Shown one piece after another: positions 38,615 through 50,620 of a stretch of 64,000 nucleotides of DNA. This stretch comes from Epiperipatus broadwayi (Eukaryota > Animalia > Onychophora). A model generated the notes under the pieces. It had not been told where the DNA came from, made no database searches, and saw nothing but the letters and a program-made list of their open reading frames with translations. Positions within the stretch are counted from its first letter, which is position 1, and each line of letters opens with the position of its first letter. The position numbers and the translations under genes are program-made. The stretch is taken from NCBI GenBank assembly GCA_028023455.1, contig JAQFVV010000004.1, positions 15,810,001 to 15,874,000 on the forward strand, read 5' to 3'.

Positions 38615-41234
38615 TAATCGAGGAAATAGTATATAGAATGGGTATCGAATGAATGAAACGTAACTGCAGACGTATAGTTTAAAATTATTTATTAATACAT
38701 TTTAATAAAACAATCATTTACTAATAATATTTGTGGATTTAAAGCTTCAGTAGCGGGATTTGCGACATGATTATATTTTAAAAAATACATTGATTTATTT
38801 AGACATTATTTTATATTGAGGATTTCAATAGCAGTATTTCCGATACTGAAATGTTTACAAAAGGAATACATTTATTTGAAGGCGTAATCTAGCTACCTAA
38901 AATTCTCGAGTGAGTATTTCTAATGCATGCCTGGAGGGATTTATACCTTTGCAATGCAAGAGTCTAAAGTAAGATTTAAGAGTAGCAGTGGACATATATT
39001 TATTTAATTAAAATATTTATCTTATGACTAAGGGCAAACATTTATTTGAGAGTGAATTACGAAGATAATGCAGAGGCAGAGTGATATATAGAATAATAAA
39101 ACTAAGTAAAGGAACGTGGTACACTTTAGAAAGGCGATATGGAATGGCAGTATATTGAAACTGCAATGCCGCGAATGAGTTTATAAAACTGTCGGACTGG
39201 TCTCTGTCATGGTCCGATGAAGTAAGGTGTCATATAAGCATAACCAGGGACAAGCGGTACATGTCGCAATTTGCCAGCTGGCTGCATGACAGGTCAAATC
39301 CTACGGGAGCATTTATTATGTCTGCTTGTGTAGGACGACGGGGGTTAATTTCAACCCTGAAGAATCCGGAATATTTACGGCGGAATAGATCATCGCGTCT
39401 CTAAAACGTAACACATTTATACTGTATAAACGATTATGATGAGATTTCAACAGATTTCTAACTTGGTCCTACATTATCAACATTTATTAAAGAACGTTGG
39501 CGACTCTCAAAGAAATGTAATTTTCTAGAATTATTCATTAGATTTAATAAATACAAAATATATATAAACTGGGAGTTATTACAACTAATATGCCAGCCAT
39601 TTGCGAAGTAGTAGACCCTGCATTACAATAAATGAGGCACTGAATGCGTGTCGATTTATATGAAAGTGAAGTTATTAAGGAAAGTAAATATTAATGAAAA
39701 TTTGACACGCATTCATTGTTTTAAGCGATCATAGATTTAAACTTTGAAAATTGAAATAATTATGAGCATGCAATAATTAAATAATAACTATAGATAGAAA
39801 TGTAGATTATAGAAATACGCACCCAAGAAAGACAGAGTGAGGTAAGCTAGATTATTAGAGAAATTTACATATTAAATTAATTATTCAGTTTTAGTTATAC
39901 ATATGGTAGTTTTTACATTTTATAATTTAGATAAGTAGTATGAAGAAGAGCTATAGCATATTATTAGAGTACTCTAGAGTTTGAACACAGACAGGTACCT
40001 GTTTTATAAAAAGTTTTCTGATTCCATTAATTTAGCAGCAAAAAGTTCACGAGTGGCAAGTCTTTCTTGTATGTAGATATTCATTTAATTTCATGGCAGC
40101 AGCAGCTTTCTCATTCATTTCAGGCAGCAGATCTTCATGGTGAATTTATGATGGGCAATGAAAGTTCAGCATCCGATAGGCCATCTCCCGATGGAGAATA
40201 ATCTAGGTGCTTAACTCGGTCATACCTTGGCAGGAACAAATTATTTTTATTATTTTTGGAGACTCTCAGTGTTCGAGAGCAAAGCTAAAGTTTAAGTGAA
40301 TGTCTCCAGCAAGTCTAAGATCGCCTCTTTTTTTATCTTGATCTTTCACATTTTTGTTAAGATATTTTTAGGTTCTACTTAATCTGCCCTGAGGATAATC
40401 AATGCATTTAGTTGATTTTTAATTAAAGAAAGCTGCCGTTCTATTGTTTACATTTTACATTTACTAATTAATTTTGGGGAATTTTTCTTTAATTAATCTA
40501 TTATCTATCACTGACCGATGCTTTTAAATTTCAAAAACAAAAAGGGAACATAAGATCATTTTAACTTTTAATTAAATATTACATCAGATATTTTTAGAAT
40601 TATTATTAAATGAAATTTAAACAAAGCAATAAATACGAACTTTATAATCCAAATAAATGATTAAAATTATACAAAATTATATAACTAAAAGAAATCTAAA
40701 TTATATTATTTATCCCTATTTATTGCGTTTAATTTGAGATCGAAATGTGTGCGTGTTTATGCTGAATTCTACATATATTTATACATTTTTAAGATTGCTA
40801 CACACACAATTCGATACCAAAAAGTTTAAATTTGGGCGGGATAGATCGGTCAGTGAGAGACGACAGAAAAAGGTGAAACTTAAGATTCGAATACGAATCT
40901 TACTGTTTCAATATATATTATACTTGTATATATTAATCAGAATATTATTTTTGAGTCCGTTGCCTATGTCTTAAAATCACTATTCCCCAGAGAAAGAATT
41001 ACAAATTTAGTATGGAATATTATTTTTTGAGACCTCAAAAGGTACAGTGATTCAGACTTCAATTTATAAATTTAATATATACAAGGGAACCAATTTGAAG
41101 ATGACTGCCATCTTTTTATTATCAAATTATTGGATGACTCGAGGTAGTGTGCCTCATTTATTAGAAAGCATAACGCTTTAGATACCTATTAAACATATTT
41201 ACATTTTAGAGATTGTTTTTATTATATATATATA

Positions 41235-41578
41235 TGGTAACGGTTTGGTTGATGACGTGCCAAGATAAGGTTGCATCTAACTACAGTTGGACCTAGGGTC
41301 TTCATGTAGGATGCTGGAGATGACACTATAAAGTACATGACTCATGATTACATCTATCTTCAATAGACTAGCCTAAGACTTATCTATCAAATTTACATGC
41401 AATTTAAGTCAGTTCATCTAATATCTCACCATTCTCTTTTGGATCTGTTGCCTCAGAATTCGAACTCAGGAAGAATTCGTGTTCAACTCTCTTGACAGGA
41501 ATCTACCTATGCAGACTATTAATCAATAACTGAATTAGCTCATCCTATTTATTAGTAAGGAATAACCTTGATTTAACA
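41235..41578. mobile_element. Solo-LTR-like segment (TGGTAACGGT...TTAACA)
   Basis: TG...CA ends, similar start motif, higher GC than flanks. Confidence 0.35.
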
Positions 41579-43405
41579 TTTATCTCTCATGCTCATCAAA
41601 CAATAATAATGTGTGTGTGTGCATGTGTAAAATATTGGTTATAGGATTGAATGTAAATGCTGGATCAACAAACTAGAGAGACTTTGTCAATTAAACAAAA
41701 CTTTATAATATTTATTTATAAAAACAAAACATATAAAAACATATAACAAATTGTCAATCAATGTAGAAAAAGTTCAATAAATATTTACATGTGGAAAAGA
41801 ATTATTTGGATATACTCTCCTATATTTTTAACTTCAAGGTCTATGATGACATCTTTCATATTAAGCAATTTAAAATTACTTATCCCCTATTGTACCATGA
41901 TAAATACACATAATTTAGACATTTATATATCCAAAGGTAATGAAAACTTTCTTAAAATAAAATGAGATTTCTGACTAACTTAATTAGAAATTTAAGTGCA
42001 ACTCCAGATGCAGTATGCAGTTCTAGGTATGGAAGTTGGTTGATCTAAAATAATCACTTTGCATATATATGTCATAAAAGAAATATAATAAAGAAACAAT
42101 ACATGATATGATAGCAAAGTAAATAGTAAAGAATATTAACTAAAAGAATTAGTCATTTATTCATTGGAAATATCCAAGAATACTATTAGTAAAACACACA
42201 TAATATAAATGGTCATGTCATGGTGTGGCATTGGATATTTTAGTTAATTTAAAAGAGAAAAACTCTTACCGTTTAAATACTAGTTTATCCACACAATTTC
42301 ACAGTCATGGATGAAAATGTCAAGCATCATTTAAGTACCTAAAATTTTATTAAAAGGAAAAAAAACAAGACTTTTCAACCTTCCCTCCCTGTTATCTCCA
42401 CATTTTCTTATGCTGGACTGTTCCAAACTGTTAAATTGGACCATTAGTACTTCCAAAATATAAGACTGAAATAATAAAAAAATAAGACATATCTATACAA
42501 AAAAAATCATAATATTTACAACATTTCATGAATCAATATGATCAGGCACAATTCTTCATTAGAGTCCTTCTTACATAACAGTTCTTACAATTTATGCATT
42601 TTTTTAATTATAAATGTTGATGACTTCTTATTGATTCTGAATAGCACATTCTGAATATATTTATATTGGCAGTGGGTGGTTTTGTTTTATTCCTCATGTA
42701 GATTTCCATCATGCGTGGACCCAGCTTATCAGGTACTTCAATGTAGACAGATAGATATTAATTTCACATGGCCATAGTGGTGGGCAAATGCTCTACCTGA
42801 AGACAATCGTTCTAGCCAAAATATATCATATTTTTCATTATATATACAGGTTTATATATATATGCGGTTTGCATTTAAATACTGCATTCTATATATATTT
42901 GTGATATTGGCTACATAATATATTCCTGTCATTAAAATTTTAACTGAATAAACTGTTCTAATTTCTTTTTTAATTTATTTTTTTTTTAAATCATAATACT
43001 TTTTATTAAATTTCTAAGTTATTTGAAACTTATCTGATCATTCAGCTTGTATAAAAATCTTCTGTTTGCTTCCTTAATTTTTTTAAATGGCAAATAAATA
43101 AAAATTTGGCATTTGTAGAGACACTGATTCAAAAATTGTCCATTTTATAGACAAATGTTATTAAAATAACTGCTTCAACAAAGTTGACTTTTCATGTCAA
43201 ACACAATTTTAAAGAAGTAGTTGTAATTGTTTTTTCTTTTTTATACCCGGTGTCATTTCCATTGTTTATTCACAGAATGTGCCTATTGTTGTGTTATATA
43301 AATATTGTGATTATTGATTCACTTGAAAATAAAATAAATAATAATATTAATATTATTATCCCCTTCTTATATTCGATTACTTAATACAATACTTGACTTT
43401 TTTTT

Positions 43406-43504
43406 AAAGTGTCATAGCATCGGCCGGGACGCGAACCCGCAACCCGGACAACTGCCTGCAAGTGCAAGGCAGTCGCGCTGACCTCTCGACCACCAATGCA
43501 AGAC
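43406..43504 (-). mobile_element. Full-length tRNA-Gly-derived SINE with 16-bp TSD
   Basis: TSD TACTTGACTTTTTTTT at 43390-43405 and 43505-43520; intact A and B boxes. Confidence 0.92.
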
Positions 43505-44830
43505 TACTTGACTTTTTTTTCCCATTGCTATGACTGTTTTTTCATCATTTTAGTCATTGTTTACATTTATTAAGATGCACAAGATCTTCAACACAATACA
43601 ATTATTAATATATAAATTTGTATGAACTTTTCTAATGTTTATATTTTTTTTATTAAACACTAGAATTAATTTTATTAAACAACCTATCATTGCCACTATT
43701 TAATATACAATTAGTACACTGTCATAACTATTTATACATTTATATTTTTTCAAAAATGTTCTAGCAAAACTTATTATTTACTTTATATTAATATCTTAAT
43801 TTTTAAAAAAAAAAAACAATCTAATATTTCAGGTGGCTAAGGTTTGTGTGGGTGCGATTCTAAGCTACTCTCATAATATATATATATTTAACAATCCAAC
43901 TAAGAATATTAATGTTGACAATGAATGAATAAATCAGAGAATAACTTGAAAGCAATGGAGGCATTTATTATTCAGTTTTTGAGTAACTAACAATTATGAG
44001 TTCACAATTTGAATGATAGCAATAAAATATAAATGTAAAATCACTTTACCTTATTCTTCTTTTTAGCTCATCATCACACATAAACATAGTCCATTTCCAT
44101 TCCTTTTTTTTCTAGATCAGGTCAATAAGATTCACGAGACTCCGGATATCATCTAGGTATATGTCTCTGTATGTATGAAAACCAATATCACTAAAATCTG
44201 AATAATAAATAATTTACTATTTTATTTTCAGTTATAAATATATGATTGCTTATGTAGATGGTAGTATGAATCACTTTATTCTTTCTCCTAGATAGTTTAA
44301 ATGGATTATACCTTTTAGGCTACATATAAATTACAATGGATAGTATGAATGCAGTTCAATGTCATCTTTACATTGGATACTATCATTGGTTACCTCCGAG
44401 CATTAACTGTTTAATTCCTTCATTAACCACCATCATACTAATCCCTTTTAAAATCTCTTACAATTATGTGTGATTTATTTATTCATGATTACATGGAAAA
44501 TGGCATTAAACCATTGAAACATCGCAACACCACGATTTCATAGCATACACATCTATTGATTATTATTGTATGAAGAAAATTGCTACTATTTTTATGGAAG
44601 ATGGGGCAGATATAAACAAGAAAACTATATTACAGCAATATATATGTAATGAAGACAATTAAATACCTAGATATGAACAATTAGATAGACTCATACTATA
44701 TTAAGATCCTGATTACTGGTTTCAAATTAATTTACATTACTAAAGAATACTTGTTTTGAGTGAATTTTGGATTATTAAGTAATTACTTATAACACTTTTT
44801 TATTTGCATTGTGCATCTGAAAGGTATGAT

Positions 44831-45020
44831 TGACAAACTTTTCATACAGTAGTGCCTCCCAGTGCAACCCATAGTAATAAATTGATATAGGAAGGTTTGT
44901 GCACAAATCATTATCTACTACCTACTCATTCAATATCTCCAGAGTAGTTTTTAGCTTGTGGTTTTCATAAGTGAAAAACCTTAGATCTGGTAGCCCTGCA
45001 CCTAGATCTTAGGATCTAAG
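44831..45020 (-). mobile_element. Old family A arm with degenerate HHR
   Basis: Homologous to 46320-46510; core mutated to CUUAUGA...AAAA. Confidence 0.75.
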
Positions 45021-45254
45021 GTAATCCTCCAGAAGCCATCTTTGACCTTTTTAGTTAACTATAAAGCAGTCCCAAATGAAAACGAATGTTTTTAGTCCAA
45101 CATCAATTGCTTGTATAGTCATATAGATCTGAAACCAATTCAATATTGATGCATTTTGGACTCTTTAATTCTTTAATAATTATAGTCACATCACCCCATG
45201 AGAAGGAATGGTATTAAACCACTATAAATATTTTCTGTGCTTATAAAAACTGTT

Positions 45255-45342
45255 AAAACAGTGATAAACTTTCCATACTGTACTGCCTCTCAGTGCAAGT
45301 CATAGTAACAACTTGTGTAAGGATAGGAAATAGTGATCATGC
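45255..45342. mobile_element. Family A remnant: short inverted arm joined to the 3' tail
   Basis: aaactttccatactgtactgcc...gtgcaag followed by gtgtaaggataggaaatagtgatcatg. Confidence 0.65.
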
Positions 45343-46311
45343 GAGGTATCCAATATGTTTTTGCTTGATGATAAAAAAATCAATTTTATCTTAATTACAT
45401 CAATATTTTTTGTCTTTTTTTTTTGGGGGGGGGGCTTATGATATAAACATTGCAACTTAAATTACTTAAAATTTTCCTTCTCTATATTGTAATACTAGTG
45501 GTTTAATCTCAAATGTATAGCTTTAACTTCACTACATTACTCATTAGAGAGCATGGAAAAAGTTATTGACTCTATCACAAACATGAATTGAATGCCTTCT
45601 AATTTAAAATACTCACCTTTCAGCATTCTAATATTATTATGAATTTTGTTGTTAATCATGATTTTTATCATAATATAAAACATGATATTTTATTTTATCT
45701 AGCAAAGTGGAATCATTGACATTCTTGGCATACTGTGACCTTGTAAGATTTCTGCTTTACATATAATAAAATAATAACATTAAACAAAGCAAATAAATGA
45801 AAGCCAAATACAATAAATAAAATCTGATGACTAAAACAATAAAAGAAAAATATACAGATGTATTGTATGAAGCATAATTAGAGAAGAAAAAGTAAAACAG
45901 ATGATTTTGGTATGGCACCTTGGAATTGCTAAACCTGTACTCTCTGATTGTGACACCTTTAAATACTAACCTGAGATGAATAATGTTCAATTTATAGATT
46001 TTATTGGTTTTATGTTTGATTGTTTAAATGTAGAAAATATTGTCAATCTATAAAAAAAAAAAAAGCATAACACTTACATAATAGTTGCAGAGTGATATGG
46101 CTTTTGTTTAGTAAAGAAAGGTATATAAAATATTAAGTAATTATGGAATAGAAAGTGTAGGTGCTATGCTTAGAATTAAATTACTTATATTCAAGCAAAT
46201 CTTCAGATATAAAAAAAAACTGTAACTCATAAATGATAATATTAAAAAGTAAAAAAAAAAACAACTAATAAGAAAATAATTTGTGATTTAATAGCTAGTG
46301 TTATTAAGCTA

Positions 46312-46619
46312 ATCAAACAGGCAAAACTCTCCATATAGCAGTGCCACTCAGTGCAAGCCAGAACAATCAATGGATGCCAGAAGGCTTGTGCATAAAATCC
46401 CTATCTAGTGCATACTCATCCAATATCCCCAGACTAGTTTCTGGCTTATAGCTTTCGTCAGTGAGGAGCTTTGGATCTGAGAGCACTGCACCTAGATCTT
46501 AGGATCTAATGGCATCTAATGATTGCTCTGACTTGCACTGAGTGGCACAGCTGTATGGAGAGTTTTACCTGCTTGAATAACAGTTATGAGCAAGCCTAGG
46601 AAACAGTGATCATGTTATA
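46312..46619. mobile_element. Family A fold-back HHR element, 11-bp TSD
   Basis: TSD TTATTAAGCTA at 46301-46311 and 46620-46630; HHR at 46426-46467 on minus strand (CUGACGA...GAAACUAGUC-UGGGGA). Confidence 0.9.
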
Positions 46620-47399
46620 TTATTAAGCTACTATGACAGAAAGGTGAGGTTCAAATCTGAATGAAGCTTCAAATTTTAAATTCGTTTAGAGAGCTAAAAA
46701 AAAAAAATTAAAATAAAGCTTATTGGTTGTTTTTTTTCTTCAGATAGTTGGTATAAAGTCGACCCAGAAAAAAAAAATCCCACAAAATTCTCACTACTGA
46801 TAGTAGATTAGCCTGGAAAATTTCGTGTCTGATTTTTCAGTAGAAATTCTTGTTCTGCAATAGCCTATTAAAATTTGCTGCGTTATTATTTCTGAGTCCC
46901 AAAACTGTTGTTCTGAGATTTTCATATTCTTAAATTACTTCTGAAATCTATAGATTCTAACTAACCCAAATAAAAATAACATTGAAAAATGATTTTTTAT
47001 ACAGAGACTTTATATATAATATGTCAATTAGTGATATACATCGGTTATGTGTACAGATCCATTTTACCATTAGCTAATAATTTACACTTTCTCATACTAG
47101 GTAGCGTTGCTGATTAATTTATGTACGTAGATTTTTTGATATTATTTATAATAAATACCAGTTTATGGTCCTTGTTTATGTTACATGTTTTGCAAAATAA
47201 CTAAAAGTGATTAAAAATCTATTAGAGAAAGTGTGATTTCTTTTTTTTAAAAAGTGATAATACTGAAATAAAAGATAACGTGGAAGGGGAGGGGATGTAT
47301 GATGGAAAAAAACTGTTTTTTTTTTTTTACATATTAGTTTCATTTTAACGATAGAAAAAATAAATATTTCATCTATTTTAGCTAAACTAGAAATGTAGC

Positions 47400-47875
47400 T
47401 GACGTGAATAATGTCAGACTAATCTTTCACTCTAATTTTTAAATAAACTTCGAGCGCGGATCTGCATACAATCATTATTATATAATTAAAAGTTTTGTCT
47501 TTTTTAATTAATTATTTTACGTGCAGTTAACATCATTTAAGTTCTGTGAGTGTACATGGTATAGTAAAACCAACATTATATATATGTTGGATTATTTATT
47601 TGATCAGTGGTTAAAATTTACTACAAACGTGTAATAGAGCGCTAAAATGTTTACATCTTACGATTTATCTATGTAATTTATCTGTCTTAGATCGGGTCAC
47701 TGGATCACAATCTTCCTGCGGCCCACAATGCAAACATTATTTCTACCTATACATAAACCAGTTGTCTTGTCTTAAAAACTAAGACTTTCATTTAGTTATG
47801 AATCCCTAATTAATAAGAAACGCAGCGAATCTATTTTAGTCGTGTTTTATTAATGTGTAAGACTAAAGGTAAGTA
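47400..47875 (+). promoter_or_regulatory. CpG-enriched region ending in a strong splice donor; possible promoter and short first exon
   Basis: CpG cluster, Inr-like TTAGTC at about 47836, AAAG|GTAAGT at about 47865-47874. Confidence 0.35.
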
Positions 47876-48802
47876 ATGGGAATGGTATTAATCCAGCATT
47901 TAATTGTTACATATTTTTATACGTTTACAATATATTTTAAAAAAAGGTAAAGGTTTTTTTTTTCTGTACAAATTGTGAGGAATAAGCTGGGATTGGCGCT
48001 TTTCCAAATCTGATATTTTAAAAGGATGATAAAATGAGCATGTTTATTTCAGTGGATTAAACAAGTATAATGCCTGAGACTGCTCAAAGAAAATAAGCTT
48101 TCTTTTCAGTTGTTGCTGCATACCTTTATGCAGACCTTACTTTTTACATTTTCTACTTAAGCACTTTAATTCTTAATCCTACTTATTTTCTAAACTATTT
48201 CTTTTCGTACTACCAAACTATCTATAGTGAAAACAGAATGTCGTTTCTTTGAAAATGTATAAATACCACAGTATTCTTAATATTTTATTCTTAAAGAGAC
48301 TGTTGAATATGTCGAGATTTTTATTATAAAAAGCTTTGTCAACTCTCAACTTAATTCTTATCTAACACTACGTTTGTTAGTATTCTATTGTTAACAATTT
48401 TATTTCAGCACTTAAGCAAATGTTTAAGATTTCTAAAAAGATTAATTAGCTCATTCATATTAAACAGGAGTTATTTCAAGTTAATATTTTTCTAAAAGTG
48501 CTAAGGCGAAATTTTTATAGCGAAAAAGAAAAATATTACTCCCAAATAATAAAGAACTAAATATTAAAACAAAAATATAAATTACTAATTATAAATATAT
48601 ATACTGCAGGATTAAGTTTAATTTACTATTTTATGCTCATTTTAAAATAAAATTATTACACAGTTTTGTTTTTTACAAAGTTAACATGGCTGAAGATCTC
48701 TCAGCCCCATATAGCTATTTGAGTTCGATAGCTGGGTTTGAAGACATGTAGGTGTCTGAAAATTTCAGATTTTCCACTCAATAGATAACTTTTAGTTAAA
48801 TG

Positions 48803-48845
48803 CTTGGCTTTGGGTTAGTGTTTTTGGCTTTGGGTTAGTGTTTTT
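48803..48845. repeat. 21-bp tandem duplication
   Basis: ttggctttgggttagtgtttt twice. Confidence 0.9.
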
Positions 48846-48872
48846 AGATCTAGTGTCTGAACCTATCCTAGC

Positions 48873-48915
48873 ACCTCTCTGAGGAGTGCCAGAGCATGAA
48901 ATCATGGTCAGAGGT
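48873..48915 (+). ncRNA. Type I hammerhead ribozyme (family D)
   Basis: ACCUCU-CUGAGGA-GUGC/CAGA/GCAU-GAAA-UCAUGG-UC-AGAGGU; 6-bp helix I. Confidence 0.75.
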
Positions 48916-49111
48916 TGGGGGGGGTCCTGATAGAGATATTTTAAATGCTTTCTCCAGCTAAGCATTTATCACAATGCTTGTTGAGGAATTGGCAATATAA
49001 CTTACAAGCTTAAGAGTATAGGGTCATGTGATCTATGACTCTTATTTGGATTATTAACATATCTGTAATTTTTATTTGTCATTTATTAGACCAAATTATC
49101 CAGTAATGAAT

Positions 49112-49564
49112 AATATTTCTGTAGTGTAATTTTCACTACATTACTCTCACGCAAGGTGGGGACTGGTTTCTATCCACTTCTAATACCTTTCACTATAGAA
49201 ATATTATTCATTATTAGATAATCTCTAATCTAATGAATGACTAATAAAAATTATTAATATACTGCCATTAGCTGGTTTGTGTCAAAGTTGTGAGGGCAGC
49301 AAGTTCGACATCAATTAAACTGTAGAATTTGCTATCTATATATATACTGAACAATGATAAAGTTATATGTAAAAGATTATGGCCTGAGCCAACTGATAAG
49401 TGCTGATTCAGAACAAAATTTTCATATTGGGGATCATACATCTTTGTCATAAGTCTTTGGTCATATGTTTATAATTACGGCCCTCCACGAGCTGTTAAAA
49501 ATTGATAGAAACCAATACCTATCTTGCACGAGAGATGGAGTGAAAATTACACTACAGAAATATT
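49112..49564. mobile_element. Family C-related fold-back element with degenerate HHR (49389-49430)
   Basis: Inverted arms 49112-49174 and 49504-49564; gccaactgataagtgctgattcagaac parallels 19168-19194. Confidence 0.7.
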
Positions 49565-50194
49565 AATATCTACTTCTGATAAAAATAATTACACTTATGT
49601 TTACCATAATTGAGAATAAGCTTATAATATAATTAGGAGGGGTGAAAAACAAATATGAGATGATCCATCAAATTTTACATTTTCAAAAGAATAGATCAAC
49701 ATTATTTCAGTTAAATTCATTTATTTTTATGTTAAGATAGACAAGGAAAGAAATTGTGCGTGTAAGGAAATGTATTTTCCGTAAGGGTCAAACGTATTCT
49801 GTTCTAAAAATAAATTTTCCTCTTCTTTCTTGATATACTTATTCCTGTTCTTACCCAAGCATAAATATTACATTAAAATTTTAATTAATTTTTATTAAAA
49901 CCTCTTAAAGTTAGATATAAATGTACTCACCTATTGAAACATCTTAATGTAGATTACAGCATCAATAAGAATGTATCGTGATCCATACTTTGAAGTTAAA
50001 TAAATTAATAATGTTGAACATTGTGAGAAATGATATCATATAACCTCATCATCCCTTCTCTTGAAAGAAAAAAAAAAGATTTCATATTGTTAGTTTCAAC
50101 TTTCTTTTATTTTATTTAATTTTCTATTATTAAGATACTACAGTGAATCACAATGTAAACATATCATACAATAGAAAAAGATCAAGCCCCTCAT

Positions 50195-50518
50195 GTGGTC
50201 TATAAAATGGCATGCCCTCAATTAGGCTGCCAAGCATCTTACTGCAGTGAGAGTTGGGCTAACCTCAATACAAGAATTTACCAACACAGGTATGCATACA
50301 ACAAAGTTAAAAATAAAAATGAAAGAACATCAGTCTTCTGGGACTACCAAGCAGCTACAGGCCATGTATTCGAACCCAGTTCTGCCCAAATAATTTGCAC
50401 AGAGAAGAGTGATGCCAAAAGAAAAGTTAAAGAAGCTTTTTACATAGCAAATGATCTCAGTGCCATTAATAGAAGAGAGGCATGCTTTGCTCTCTCCAAA
50501 CAATGGACTAACTATTAA
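50195..50518 (+). CDS. Penelope-type GIY-YIG endonuclease domain (partial)
   Basis: ORF track plus motif pattern; GIY appears as VVY and YIG as YCS. Confidence 0.8.
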   Translation: MVYKMACPQLGCQASYCSESWANLNTRIYQHRYAYNKVKNKNERTSVFWDYQAATGHVFEPSSAQIICTEKSDAKRKVKEAFYIANDLSAINRREACFALSKQWTNY

Positions 50519-50575
50519 AAATTCAAACTCATTTGCATATCTGTACAATAAATCACAACAGTCTTCATTTGTAAA

Positions 50576-50620
50576 GCTATGAGTATGAGATTAGAACATT
50601 AAATCTCGAAAGCGCTAAGC
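50576..50620 (+). ncRNA. Variant minimal hammerhead ribozyme (family E, A3-U8)
   Basis: GCU-AUGAGUA-U-GAGAUU...AAUCUC-GAAA-GCGC-UA-AGC. Confidence 0.6.

Noticed and set aside
39350-39400. CTGAAGA-ATCCG...CGGCGGAAT as an HHR
   Set aside because: GAAA and helix I not satisfied
44480-44650. Ankyrin repeat remnant (NGIKPL...KLLL...EDGADINKK)
   Set aside because: Needs several frameshifts and stops; too short to support
50330-50548. Minus-strand ORF (likewise 19012-19215, 54686-54889, 62575-62784, 63455-63649)
   Set aside because: Shadows of TE or HHR elements on the opposite strand or in non-coding repeats
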